64,000 nt of DNA from Candidatus Moraniibacteriota bacterium (GCA_016699795.1 CP065011.1:1075449-1139448), one strand, 5' to 3'. Positions 29,317-38,774 are shown, counted from the stretch's first letter. Numbers and translations are program-made. The notes: generated by a model not told the origin, from the letters alone.

Positions 29317-30504
29317 TTATTCTTCTTGAAACGCTTGGGAGAGGACGGATTGTTCGAGGGAGGTGAGACTATGCGTGTTTTGAATATGAAGTTCTCGAAG
29401 TTTTTTGGCTTTCTCCGATATCGCATCTAGTCGATCAACGATTTCTTTTTGTTCAGAAAGAGATGGGAGAGGGATTTTTATTTTTTTAAGTATTGTTTGA
29501 CTTAAATTTGGCTGAGCACCACCCCACGCCTTCAACAAAATATCATTTCTTTTTTTTAAAAGAAAATAATACAAATATTTATTATTTAATTTTTCTTTAT
29601 TCACAGTCATTCCTGCTATTGCTTGGTTTGTGCTCGCATCAATTCCAAGTATACCCGTCTTACCAGCCGTAGCACCATACATAGCAAATAAAACCGCTCC
29701 CTTGGAAAAGATTTTCGCACTACTTTTTTGCACAGCTTCTTTTGAAATTTTTTCTTTTGAATCCAAAATATTTACAGAATCTTTCAATTCTCCTGATTTT
29801 AACCATACAATATCTCCTTTATAATAACTTTCCATTGATCGCTTTGGAGTACCTCCGCTTGTCATTTTTAAAATCGAAGAATTTCCCAACTCTTTTTCCT
29901 CCCACCCTTTCTCTTTTCCTCCCGCAAATATTTTTGAAAGTTCGGCGGGAAGGAGCTGATTGATATCCGACAATGCTTCTTCATTGATTCGTTTGGCGTT
30001 TTGTATCTCCCCCAAAACCCTCTCTAACCTCTTCACAATCCTCTTTTGCTCTTCCAAAGAAGGAAGCGGGATTTCTATTTCCGAACATTTACTTTTATTT
30101 ATAATTGGCACAGTTGTTTTAGAAGATTTACTTTCAAAATCTTTTATCTTAGTCTGAAGAATGTAATATAAATATTCTGAATCTACCAAATTTTTAATAG
30201 GAACAAATGAATTAATTTGTTGATTTGTAGCCATTTCTTTCTTGGCTATGCTCAATTTTCCGATATTACCAATGCAACTCATTAAAACTGATCCTGACGA
30301 TATCCTTCTAATTCCAGACTCATAAAAACCCTTGTTTGATAATTTTTTCTTTGTTTCCAAAATATACTTCCCTTGATCTAAGTCTGATGGTCCTGCCCAC
30401 AAATAAGAATTTCCATAATAATCAATAATAGAAGTCTTTGGAGTATTCCCCGTTATAATCTCACACACTTCCCCAAGTTTTTTTCTTTGCCAATTATTTT
30501 TCAT
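29317..30504 (-). CDS. hsdS: Type I restriction-modification specificity subunit
   Basis: Two target-recognition domains, each followed by a conserved coiled-coil repeat (LPSLEEQKRIVKRLE; LPSLSEQKEIVDRLD). N-terminal KLGEVCEIITGNTP. Confidence 0.9.
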   Translation of the reverse strand: MKNNWQRKKLGEVCEIITGNTPKTSIIDYYGNSYLWAGPSDLDQGKYILETKKKLSNKGFYESGIRRISSGSVLMSCIGNIGKLSIAKKEMATNQQINSFVPIKNLVDSEYLYYILQTKIKDFESKSSKTTVPIINKSKCSEIEIPLPSLEEQKRIVKRLERVLGEIQNAKRINEEALSDINQLLPAELSKIFAGGKEKGWEEKELGNSSILKMTSGGTPKRSMESYYKGDIVWLKSGELKDSVNILDSKEKISKEAVQKSSAKIFSKGAVLFAMYGATAGKTGILGIDASTNQAIAGMTVNKEKLNNKYLYYFLLKKRNDILLKAWGGAQPNLSQTILKKIKIPLPSLSEQKEIVDRLDAISEKAKKLRELHIQNTHSLTSLEQSVLSQAFQEE

Positions 30505-31129
30505 AATGCTTTTTCATGTGTGGAATAAGATTGTCAAAAACATCAATTATTGAGGTTACTGACATTTCCATAAGTGAATTATTTTCAATTTTTTCTCCAC
30601 CTAAACTTTTTGGATGCACAGTATTTCGCAAGGCAACGAGGTCTTGTAAATATTTAATTGCAATATCGGTTTTAAAAAATTTAACTTGTTTGTAAAGCTC
30701 TACTAAATATCCTAAACCTAAATTCTTTGACTTTATTTTTTCTTCTGAAACTTTTTTTAAAAAACAATTTGTAGAACCTTTGTTACATTGATATTGCATA
30801 TAATCCAAAAGCAATCCTTCTACAATTGCTCCGACAATCTGGCAAATTACAAATTTATGATTTCTTTTAAAAATCGAATTGGGTTTTAAAAAAGTATATA
30901 TACTCACATGATAATCTAAAGCCATTCTTAATTCTGCAAGATTCTCTTTTAAAGTTTCGTCACAAATAAAGTCAAATACATTTCTATATCCCGTAAGACT
31001 CTTTGGGGAAATTTTTCCGCTTGGTGAATAATCTCTCCATGTACAATATTTGTCTGGTAAAAATTCCAAATTACCATGAACTTTTTCAAAACTTTCTTCC
31101 AATTCTTTCTTTTTCTTTTTCCAATCCAT
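30494..31129 (-). CDS. hypothetical alpha-helical protein embedded in R-M operon (possible HEPN-like; R-x3-H near C-terminus)
   Basis: Start placed at the ATG at 31129, 2 nt after the stop of the upstream gene. The ORF track extends it to 31219. It contains ALRNTVHP, a HEPN-like Arg/His motif with non-canonical spacing, and overlaps the hsdS start by 11 nt, implying translational coupling. Confidence 0.45.
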   Translation of the reverse strand: MDWKKKKKELEESFEKVHGNLEFLPDKYCTWRDYSPSGKISPKSLTGYRNVFDFICDETLKENLAELRMALDYHVSIYTFLKPNSIFKRNHKFVICQIVGAIVEGLLLDYMQYQCNKGSTNCFLKKVSEEKIKSKNLGLGYLVELYKQVKFFKTDIAIKYLQDLVALRNTVHPKSLGGEKIENNSLMEMSVTSIIDVFDNLIPHMKKHYEK

Positions 31130-31131
31130 AT

Positions 31132-31542
31132 TTATTTTTGAGAAAAATACATCAATCCTGTAAATAATGCTGTAAATATAGTTGCCAAACTCACTAAAAA
31201 CCCCATAATAATCTGCCAATTTCTCACAAACCAGTTTTTTGTTTTCTCTCTTCCTTTTGGAGTAAGGAAGAAAGATTGATTCTTAATTTCTCGACCTTCC
31301 AATAAAACCTCCCTCGCTTCCCCCGTCATTCCATCAATATATCCTTCTCGATAGAGATGCGCCAATGCGTTTGTAATATTCCCCGTTCCACAACCTTCTA
31401 ATTTCCATTTTTTAGGAATGGCATTTTGTAATTCAGTTGCATCCGTGTATGCCTTTTCTTTTGTAAGTTCTTCTATAATTCTAAGAACTTGTATGGTGTC
31501 TAGTTCGAAATAACTCATACTGTTTTTCTTATTTAAAGCCAT
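31132..31542 (-). CDS. PadR-like winged-helix protein with C-terminal transmembrane helix
   Basis: The N-terminal YFELDTIQVLRIIEELTKE...ALAHLYREGYIDG...FFLTPKGRE follows the PadR/wHTH pattern (L..L..EG.I...YY.LT..GR). The C-terminus has WQIIMGFLVSLATIFTALFTGLMYF. The ORF track starts at a TTG (31563); the first ATG is at 31542. Confidence 0.45.
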   Translation of the reverse strand: MALNKKNSMSYFELDTIQVLRIIEELTKEKAYTDATELQNAIPKKWKLEGCGTGNITNALAHLYREGYIDGMTGEAREVLLEGREIKNQSFFLTPKGREKTKNWFVRNWQIIMGFLVSLATIFTALFTGLMYFSQK

Positions 31543-31571
31543 TATTTCACAAAATGGTGACAAAATCCAAT

Positions 31572-31701
31572 TTTGGGTGTACTATGTGTGTAGGCGTAAG
31601 TCCTATCAGGGTTGTTCTCGATGTTCCCATCCATCGGTTGGCAAAAGTCGGGACATAACGGGCCTTGTAGGCAGTCGCCCCCTTCTGGGGGTTTTTGTTT
31701 T
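31572..31701 (+). ncRNA. GC-rich ~130-nt structured element ending in an intrinsic terminator (candidate small RNA); identity unknown
   Basis: Sharp local GC rise in an AT-rich genome. It has an internal TGTAGGC direct repeat and several short stems (CGATG/CATCG; GGGC/GCCC). The 3' end is CCCCC-TTCT-GGGGG-TTTTTGTTTT (31678-31701) on the + strand. No protein-coding potential consistent with the neighbours. Confidence 0.3.
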
Positions 31702-32350
31702 ACAAAAACAACTCATCAAACAAAACTTTTTCTCGAAACACACCGAGCCATTCCCTGTCATTTCTTTCATAGTTTCGGAATATTCCCCACGAAAGCATAT
31801 CTACAACTTGTAATCCTCTATTTTCATGAGATTTACAATGGTCAATATCCAATAAAATACTAGGAGCAAGTCTTCCTTCTAATTGCTTTCTAATATACGC
31901 ATTAAATTCTTCTATCTCTGGCTTTCCCATACATCTATCAAGGATGAATTCTACTCTATCGCCAGAATTTCTTTCAAAAGGTATTTGATCTAAGACTTTT
32001 CGTGCAACATAATTATATACACGAGATTTATTTCTTGTCAGTCTTTCGAAGACTTTCTTTTTATTAAGCGTTATCGAATACACACCAAAACGAACATCTT
32101 TTATCTGTTTATAGAAATATTTTTTTATTTCCAAAGTTGTAGAGGAGCCTTTTAATTCTTCTATTTTTCGTTTTTTGCTCTTTGATTTGTTCAATTTTCT
32201 TCTCAATGTCAGACTTACTGCTTTATGAAGTTTCCTATTTGCATCAAGTGAGCTGACTGCGACTATAGTAATAGTAAAAAACTTTGATGGTCGTTTGTTT
32301 ACGAAATCAAAACCAAGATCTCCACTTTCATCTAAATATAAATGCCACAT
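31700..32350 (-). CDS. DUF3800-family protein
   Basis: The N-terminal MWHLYLDESGDLGFDF matches the hallmark (Y/I)(I/L)DESG motif of DUF3800, and the C-terminal LQVVDMLSWGIFRNYE matches its conserved tail. 216 aa. Confidence 0.6.
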   Translation of the reverse strand: MWHLYLDESGDLGFDFVNKRPSKFFTITIVAVSSLDANRKLHKAVSLTLRRKLNKSKSKKRKIEELKGSSTTLEIKKYFYKQIKDVRFGVYSITLNKKKVFERLTRNKSRVYNYVARKVLDQIPFERNSGDRVEFILDRCMGKPEIEEFNAYIRKQLEGRLAPSILLDIDHCKSHENRGLQVVDMLSWGIFRNYERNDREWLGVFREKVLFDELFL

Positions 32351-32502
32351 ATAAATACTATTTTCTTTGTTTCTTTATTTTGCTATATTATATTTGGTCG
32401 CGAAGGTATATTCGCGCCCATGAAAATTGAGTCTTCTCATAGTGAAAGTCGGCAACATGGCCGTGCGTTGGAAAACCAACCTAGCTAGAGAGGGCTCTTT
32501 TT

Positions 32503-33924
32503 TCATATCTCTTTTTTCAATTCCTCCACCAGTTTCATTATTTCTTTTTCTCTCTCCTCTATCCCTTCAAGAATTTCTTTGGGTTCTCGGTGTATTTCTG
32601 TTTGAGCTGATGCGGGATGTTTACTATCGAGGTTGAAATCTTTTTTTTCTATTTCTTCTCGGGAAACTTTCCAAGCGTATTCGTTTTCCTTTCTATCGTT
32701 CCACCACTTTTTGAGAGGTGTAAATTCCTCATCCGTTATCCCTCGGTTTTTGGTGTATTGAGTCTTGAGATCTTTGGGAAGTGGGAGTTTGTAGTACCAA
32801 ATTTCTTTGGTGGGTTCACCTTTGGTGAAAAAAAGAAGATTCGTGTTTACTCCTGCATACGGACTAAATACCCCTTGCGGAAGTCGAACAATCGTATGAA
32901 GATTGCACGTTTCAAGAAGATGCTTCTTGATTCTCGTGGCAACGCCTTCGGCAAAGAGTACACCATCAGGAAGGACGATTCCCGCTCGTCCCCCATCTCT
33001 CAAAAGATGCACGAAAAGAAAAAGGAATAAAAGCTCTGTCGCTTTGGTTCGAAAGTCCGCAGGAAAGTTTTGCTCTACGCCATCTTTTACCGCTCCACCA
33101 AAAGGAGGATTTGCCACGATAATATCTACACGATCTTTGGCTGTGTATTCTTGATACGATTTGGCAAGCATATCATCATGCTTGATATTGTCGGGAATTT
33201 CTACGCCATGAAGGATGAGATTGGTACTTGCGAGAAGATACGGAAGATGTTTTATTTCGCATCCTCGAATACTCTCGTGAATTTTCTTTCGATCTTCGGT
33301 TGTTTTTTCTTTGGTTTCTTTGAGATATTCTAGAGCGTTTATGAGAAATCCTCCTGTACCACATGCGGGATCAAAAAGAGTTTCTCCTATTTTAGGATCA
33401 AGTGTTTCTATGATGAATTTCGTAAGCGGTCGTGGGGTATAAAATTCTCCATAGCTCCCAGCATTTTGTAGTCCCTTGAGAATCGTTTCATAAATATCAT
33501 TGAGATGGTGGCGATCTTTGTTTTTGGTAAAGTCGATTTCATTTATTTCATTGATCACTTGCCTGAGAAGTGTTCCTGACTTCATATAGTTGTATGCTTC
33601 AGAAAACATTTCCCGAACAAACAAAGCATCTTCCCTTTCTGTTTCGAGTTTTTTGAGTGTAGGGAAAAGCGTTGTATTGACGAAACTCAGAAGCTCTTCT
33701 CCTGTGATTCCCTCTTTGTCACTTGCCCAATTTCGCCATCTGATATTTTCGGGAAAGGGTGAGGAATATGAAAGATTTTCAAGTTCTCGAATTTTTTCTT
33801 GATCATCGAAAATTTTAAGAAACAAGAGCCATACGATTTGTTCGATTCTCTGAGCATCGCCTCCAATTCCTTCATCTTGTCGCATTACATTGCGGATTCG
33901 CTTGATCATTCCTTCTATGGGCAT
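32503..33924 (-). CDS. hsdM: Type I restriction-modification DNA methyltransferase subunit (N6-adenine)
   Basis: SAM-binding FDPACGTGGFL and catalytic NPPFGG. The N-terminal HsdM helical domain is present. 473 aa. Confidence 0.9.
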   Translation of the reverse strand: MPIEGMIKRIRNVMRQDEGIGGDAQRIEQIVWLLFLKIFDDQEKIRELENLSYSSPFPENIRWRNWASDKEGITGEELLSFVNTTLFPTLKKLETEREDALFVREMFSEAYNYMKSGTLLRQVINEINEIDFTKNKDRHHLNDIYETILKGLQNAGSYGEFYTPRPLTKFIIETLDPKIGETLFDPACGTGGFLINALEYLKETKEKTTEDRKKIHESIRGCEIKHLPYLLASTNLILHGVEIPDNIKHDDMLAKSYQEYTAKDRVDIIVANPPFGGAVKDGVEQNFPADFRTKATELLFLFLFVHLLRDGGRAGIVLPDGVLFAEGVATRIKKHLLETCNLHTIVRLPQGVFSPYAGVNTNLLFFTKGEPTKEIWYYKLPLPKDLKTQYTKNRGITDEEFTPLKKWWNDRKENEYAWKVSREEIEKKDFNLDSKHPASAQTEIHREPKEILEGIEEREKEIMKLVEELKKEI

Positions 33925-33927
33925 ACG

Positions 33928-36285
33928 CTATTTTTGTTGTTGGTAAATATGATTTTGTATTTCTTGTACCGCTTCGAGATAGCGATCACGACCACCAAAA
34001 GCTTCGACGATTTCAAATTGTGATCCGAATGTTATAAACGGAGCGACTTTGAGATCTTCTATTCCATCGATTGCTTCTACTCCCTGATCAGCATATTTTT
34101 CCAAAAGAGCTTCGATAACTTTTTGTGCCATTCCTTCATATTTTGTGAAAATGTCTCGTTTTTTTACTTCATCAACTCGTTCTTTTCTTGTAAGCGGTTT
34201 CTTGCCATAGGCAAGGTGCATAATAATATCAAATTCATCTATGTCTTCCATTCCGATTTCTTTTTTGAGTTCGTCAAAAAGTATTCCTTGTTCGATAAGC
34301 TCTTGTATAAGAGTTGTTTTGCGAATGTCTTTATTCCAGTCATTGAGAAAATCTTCTAAATTTTGATATCGATTTTTGAGTTGTTCACTCGCATAGGTTA
34401 TGAGAGATTCTGTAGTGAGCTTTCCTGTTTTTGGATCAATAATAGAAACGACACGATGTATCACATTGAAATCTACTTGTCCTTCTTGTATAACAATTCT
34501 CGTTTTCTTTTTTTCTTCCTCTTCATCTCTTGGAAGAAGTATTTCTTCTTCAGGATATTCTTCTCGTATTTCTTCGGGAGTTTGAGAAGTTTCGTTTATT
34601 TCTTTGGGATCAAGTTCCTCGCTTTCATTGTCTTTTATAATAGCTCGAACGGGCTCACCATCAAAATCTTTATCAGCAAAAAGTCGAGTTGCACCCGAAA
34701 AATCAAGAATAGTAAAATAGTATTTATCAAAATCACTATTGATTCTCGTTCCTCGTCCAATAATTTGCTTAAATTTGGTCATAGAGTTTATGGCACTGTC
34801 AAGAATGATCAATCGACATGTTTGTGCATCTACTCCCGTAGTAAGAAGTTCTGATGTCGTTACAATCGTTGGATAGGGAGATTCGGGGTTGATGAAATTT
34901 TCTATTTCTCTTTTACCCTCTTCTTCATCTCCCGTCATACGCATAATATAGCGACGATTCTTTTTCATCTCTTGGGGATTCCTCTGGACAAGTGCCTGTC
35001 GCATTCGTTCAGCATGTTCGATATTGGCACAAAAGATAATCGTTTTTTGCATGGGGTCAGTCTCTTGAAGATACTCGGTTATTTTATCAGCTACTTCATT
35101 GATACGATCTTCGACAATAATTTTCTTGTTATAATCCGAAACATTGTATACACCATCTTCTATACGATCGCCATCTTGATCTTTTATATATGCATCGGGA
35201 CGCCATTCAATATCTTTGTCCATTATGTAGCGAACAACTCGATAAGGAGCAAGAAAACCATCTTCTATTCCTTGCTTGAGGCTATAGGTATAGACGGGTT
35301 CTCCAAAATATTTATAATTGTCTGCACCTTCTATGGATTTCGGGGTAGCGGTAAGTCCTATATGCGTTGCGTGAGAAAAATAATCCAGGACCTCTCGCCA
35401 TGTTCCATCTTCATTGATCCCTCCTCGATGACACTCGTCGATAACGACAAGATCAAAAAAGTCCTGAGAAAACTCTCGAAAAAGTTGCTTTTCCTCTTCG
35501 TTTCCTGTTATACCTTGGTACAAAGAAATATAGACTTCATACGAATGATCTGCTTTTCTATTTTTGATAAGTGTCATTTTTTCTCCAAAGGGACGGAAAT
35601 CTTTTTGCATTGTCTGGTATGCAAGAGCCTTTCTATCTACAAGAAAAAGAATTCTCTTCTTTGTTCGAGATTTCCAAAGACGATATATAATCTGAAAAGC
35701 AGTATACGTTTTCCCTGTTCCTGTCGCCATCACAAGCATCATCCGTTTCTTTCCTTTGGCAACATGTTCAACAACCTCATTAACAGCTCTTGTTTGAAAA
35801 TATCGGGGAGTTCGTCCACTTGTGTCTATAAAATATTCTTCAGCAACAATGCCTTTTTCTTCTTCGGTTTGAATACCCTTTACTCTAAGATATCGCTCAT
35901 AGAGTTTTTCAGGAGTTGGAAAATTATCCATTTCGATCATAGTTTCTTTCCCTGTAGAAAAATCATATTCCACAAAAGCATCTCCGTTGGTCGCATAACA
36001 AAAAGGAAGTCCTATTTTTTCAGCGTATTTTTTCGCCTGCTCTAATCCATCGAAAACTCTATGTTCATTATCTTTTGCTTCAATTATTGCAAGAGGAATA
36101 TTTGATTTATATTGTAATATATAATCAGCTCGTAATGGTTTACCTCGAGAAACTACAGTTCCACGAACAATAATTCGCCCATCAGTAAAACTCACTTCTC
36201 TTCGTATTTGAGAAGGTTTCCATCCAGACTTTTCAAGGGATGGATCAATTTTTTGTGCTCGTATATCTTCTTCAGAATATTTCAT
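33928..36285 (-). CDS. hsdR: Type I restriction enzyme R subunit (endonuclease/helicase)
   Basis: N-terminal PD-(D/E)xK nuclease region (AIIEAKD), then an SF2 helicase with Walker A (MATGTGKTYTA) and DEAH-like (DECHRG). Its stop is 1-3 nt from the hsdM start. Confidence 0.9.
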   Translation of the reverse strand: MKYSEEDIRAQKIDPSLEKSGWKPSQIRREVSFTDGRIIVRGTVVSRGKPLRADYILQYKSNIPLAIIEAKDNEHRVFDGLEQAKKYAEKIGLPFCYATNGDAFVEYDFSTGKETMIEMDNFPTPEKLYERYLRVKGIQTEEEKGIVAEEYFIDTSGRTPRYFQTRAVNEVVEHVAKGKKRMMLVMATGTGKTYTAFQIIYRLWKSRTKKRILFLVDRKALAYQTMQKDFRPFGEKMTLIKNRKADHSYEVYISLYQGITGNEEEKQLFREFSQDFFDLVVIDECHRGGINEDGTWREVLDYFSHATHIGLTATPKSIEGADNYKYFGEPVYTYSLKQGIEDGFLAPYRVVRYIMDKDIEWRPDAYIKDQDGDRIEDGVYNVSDYNKKIIVEDRINEVADKITEYLQETDPMQKTIIFCANIEHAERMRQALVQRNPQEMKKNRRYIMRMTGDEEEGKREIENFINPESPYPTIVTTSELLTTGVDAQTCRLIILDSAINSMTKFKQIIGRGTRINSDFDKYYFTILDFSGATRLFADKDFDGEPVRAIIKDNESEELDPKEINETSQTPEEIREEYPEEEILLPRDEEEEKKKTRIVIQEGQVDFNVIHRVVSIIDPKTGKLTTESLITYASEQLKNRYQNLEDFLNDWNKDIRKTTLIQELIEQGILFDELKKEIGMEDIDEFDIIMHLAYGKKPLTRKERVDEVKKRDIFTKYEGMAQKVIEALLEKYADQGVEAIDGIEDLKVAPFITFGSQFEIVEAFGGRDRYLEAVQEIQNHIYQQQK

Positions 36286-36314
36286 TATTTTAGATATTTA
36301 ACAGATATACCCCC

Positions 36315-36425
36315 ATCCTACTCCTCCCCCAAGCCAAGATCAAGGAAAAAAAGCTATTTTTCTTTCCTCTTATATTTTTTATTTTAAAAATGAAAAAAAG
36401 CTTAGCTCCCCTTCTTATTTTTTCA
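36315..36425. repeat. ~111-bp direct repeat, copy 1 (partner at 38775..38885, ~92% identity)
   Basis: Direct base-by-base comparison: atcctactcct(c/g)cc(c/t)caagcca(a/g)(g/a)atcaaggaaaaaaagct...aaaagcttagctcc(c/a)cttcttattttttcag. The copy includes the last codons (LKK-stop) of the RhuM-Doc gene. Confidence 0.85.
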
Positions 36426-37374
36426 GCAATTGCAAAATTAACCCGATCATTTTGTCTTTATCTTTGGGATCGCTCTCGGCAACCAAGAGTGTAAGAGCTG
36501 TCAGTGCTTGGGGTGACATTTTGTCTTTGTGTAATATTCCCACTTTGTTCAAAAACCAAACAAAGGCAAACGCTCCACTTCTTTTGTTGCCATCGGTAAA
36601 TGGATGATTTTTGACGAAAAAATAAAGGAGATGTGCGGATTTTTCTTCCAGAGTTTCATATGCATCACGTCCAAAGAAAGATTGAAAAACATTACCCGAA
36701 ATACCAGAAACTGCATCTTTTTGTTTTTCTTGAGCGAATAGTTCTGTTGCTTCTTCTTTCCTTTGTAAATTATATTTCAATGTTGCGATAGCATTTTCTA
36801 ATTCTTTGGCTGTTATTTTTGCTTGTTTTTTGGTCATTCCCCTTTTCGGAAAAGTTGACGTGTCATAGGCATTGAGCGATAACCACGTATCAGCAAACAT
36901 TTTCACAAGCTCCAACGTATCTCCAGCTTTAACATTTCCATTTTTTGGCAAAAGTTTTTGAACCGATTCGATCGCGCGTAGAAATTCATCGTAATTTTTG
37001 GTAATACGTTTTTTGTTTATCGTGTATCCCGTGACAATATGTTGACGTAAAGTCTTGGTCGCCCATTGACGAAATTTTGTAGCATTTACCGAGTTTACAC
37101 GATACCCCACAGAAAGAATCACATCGAGGTCAAAATATTCCACTTGATATGTTTTTCCATCACTGGCAGTTGTTGCAAAAAATGCAACAACTGAATCTCT
37201 GTGTAATTCTTCCTCTTTGAATATATTTTTTATATGACGTGAAATAACTGATTTGTCACGACCAAAAAGATCAGCAATTTGTTGCAAACTTGCCCAAAGG
37301 GTTTCTTTTTTTAGATCACCTTTAAACTCTATTTCACCATTTTTCGACTGAAAAATAATAATCTCTTTTTTCAT
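36415..37374 (-). CDS. RhuM-family protein with C-terminal Fic/Doc domain (Doc-type toxin motif)
   Basis: The N-terminal half resembles RhuM (IADLFGRDKSVISRHIKNIF...ATTASDGKTYQVEYFDLDVILSVGYRVNS..ATKFRQWAT). The C-terminal half carries HPFTDGNKRSGAFAF, the Doc/Fic HxFx(D/N)GNKR motif. Confidence 0.7.
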   Translation of the reverse strand: MKKEIIIFQSKNGEIEFKGDLKKETLWASLQQIADLFGRDKSVISRHIKNIFKEEELHRDSVVAFFATTASDGKTYQVEYFDLDVILSVGYRVNSVNATKFRQWATKTLRQHIVTGYTINKKRITKNYDEFLRAIESVQKLLPKNGNVKAGDTLELVKMFADTWLSLNAYDTSTFPKRGMTKKQAKITAKELENAIATLKYNLQRKEEATELFAQEKQKDAVSGISGNVFQSFFGRDAYETLEEKSAHLLYFFVKNHPFTDGNKRSGAFAFVWFLNKVGILHKDKMSPQALTALTLLVAESDPKDKDKMIGLILQLLKK

Positions 37375-37475
37375 ATATCCAGGTTAAATCCTACATTTTG
37401 GAGTTATTTTTTTATTCCCTGATCCAGGTTTTTTTCTTTCATCTTCTTGTAATATTTTTATAGATTCCACGGAAG

Positions 37476-38519
37476 TTATTTTTCCTCACTATCCGGTACG
37501 AGTTCCAAAAACTTATCAAAATCACTCCTAAAAATTTTATCTTGGGTGATGCGATATATTTCAAACTGTGTCTCTGCGTGGAGCTTGGCTTCTTCGTGGG
37601 TAATTTTACCAACGCCGGTCAAAATCTCTGCTTCGTTGAATTCCAAGAAACCATCCAAACGATTCGCCCAATCCTCCATCGTCATCGGGATACGGCGTTC
37701 TGCCTGAAGCTCGGCATAATCAAGGTACATTGAAACAAGACGCTCCAAAAAATCCATTTCTTTTTGAGTCAGATAGTTTTTTGCGATAGACACATCAAAC
37801 CTTTGTATTTTTCCTTCTGGTGCAGCCTCCCACGAGGTGAGTCCCATATGCTTTTTTTGCGCATTTGCTCGCTTGACTATAAGTTCAGCCGCGGTGTGCC
37901 TATGTACTGCATAATGAAGCTTATTTTGAACCATTTTGAAGAAATCTTTTGTCGTTTTTGCCGATGAGTCATAATCCACACTTGTTGCATAAATATCGGT
38001 CACTTTCTGATAAAACATTCGCTCACTTAGACGTATTTCTCGTATCAATTGCAACTGGCGATCAAAATATTCATCGGTAAACATGTGACCTTTTTTGAGG
38101 CGCTCTACATCCATCGTCCATCCTTGTATGGTATAGTCCTTGACGATTTGACGTGCCCATTTTCGAAACTGCACAGCACGTTCATTTTCTATCTTGAAAC
38201 CCACTGAAATAATAGCTTGGAGATTGTAATGTGCTGTTTTGTAATTCTTACCATCAGTTGCAGTTATTAAGTATTGCTTAATAACTGAATCGTTTAGCTC
38301 ACCATCTTCAAAAAGTTTTTTCAAGTGCTGGTTTATTGCCGGCACGCTAACGCCGTACAATTCCGCCATCATCTTTTGTGTCATCCAAATATTTTCATCT
38401 TCATAGCGCATTTCGATGGATTGCTCCACGTCACCTTTTGTGGCTATAAACGTCAAATATTCAGCAGTAGCTGATGTATGCGATGATACGTGTAACTTTT
38501 TTCCCATTATCTTCTTCAT
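37476..38519 (-). CDS. RhuM-family protein (second paralogue, no Fic motif)
   Basis: ITATDGKNYKTAHYNLQAIISVGFKIENERAVQFRKWARQIVKDYTIQGWTMDVERLKKG is the conserved RhuM core. 347 aa. Confidence 0.7.
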   Translation of the reverse strand: MKKIMGKKLHVSSHTSATAEYLTFIATKGDVEQSIEMRYEDENIWMTQKMMAELYGVSVPAINQHLKKLFEDGELNDSVIKQYLITATDGKNYKTAHYNLQAIISVGFKIENERAVQFRKWARQIVKDYTIQGWTMDVERLKKGHMFTDEYFDRQLQLIREIRLSERMFYQKVTDIYATSVDYDSSAKTTKDFFKMVQNKLHYAVHRHTAAELIVKRANAQKKHMGLTSWEAAPEGKIQRFDVSIAKNYLTQKEMDFLERLVSMYLDYAELQAERRIPMTMEDWANRLDGFLEFNEAEILTGVGKITHEEAKLHAETQFEIYRITQDKIFRSDFDKFLELVPDSEEK

Positions 38520-38774
38520 ATGTTCGTAGTGTATTGGTATTCTCGAATAGTATTTTCAGATTTACTTTTTCGCGTTGAGTTATTTTTTGGATTTCATTCT
38601 TATCTTTTATACTCTTTCCCAAATTAGATTACGTAGAGTGAAATTTTGAAATTTCGAGCGAAAATCGTAAAAATCAAGAAGTGCTATCAAGATAACACAA
38701 TGAGATTTTTATCGATTTGCATCCGAAATAGTAAGGTTTCACACGTACTATGGTTTGGGAAAAAATATATTTCA

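Noticed and set aside
31572-31701. Small SRP RNA (ffs), considered for the GC-rich element
   Set aside because: No GGAA-type GNRA tetraloop and no flanking AGG/AGCA symmetric-loop motif of SRP domain IV are present. The only resemblance was a short GUAGGCAG string.
34972-36045. 357-aa + strand ORF antisense to hsdR
   Set aside because: It is a low-complexity, hydrophobic shadow ORF lying entirely within the well-supported hsdR coding region on the opposite strand. It is typical of AT-rich antisense frames.
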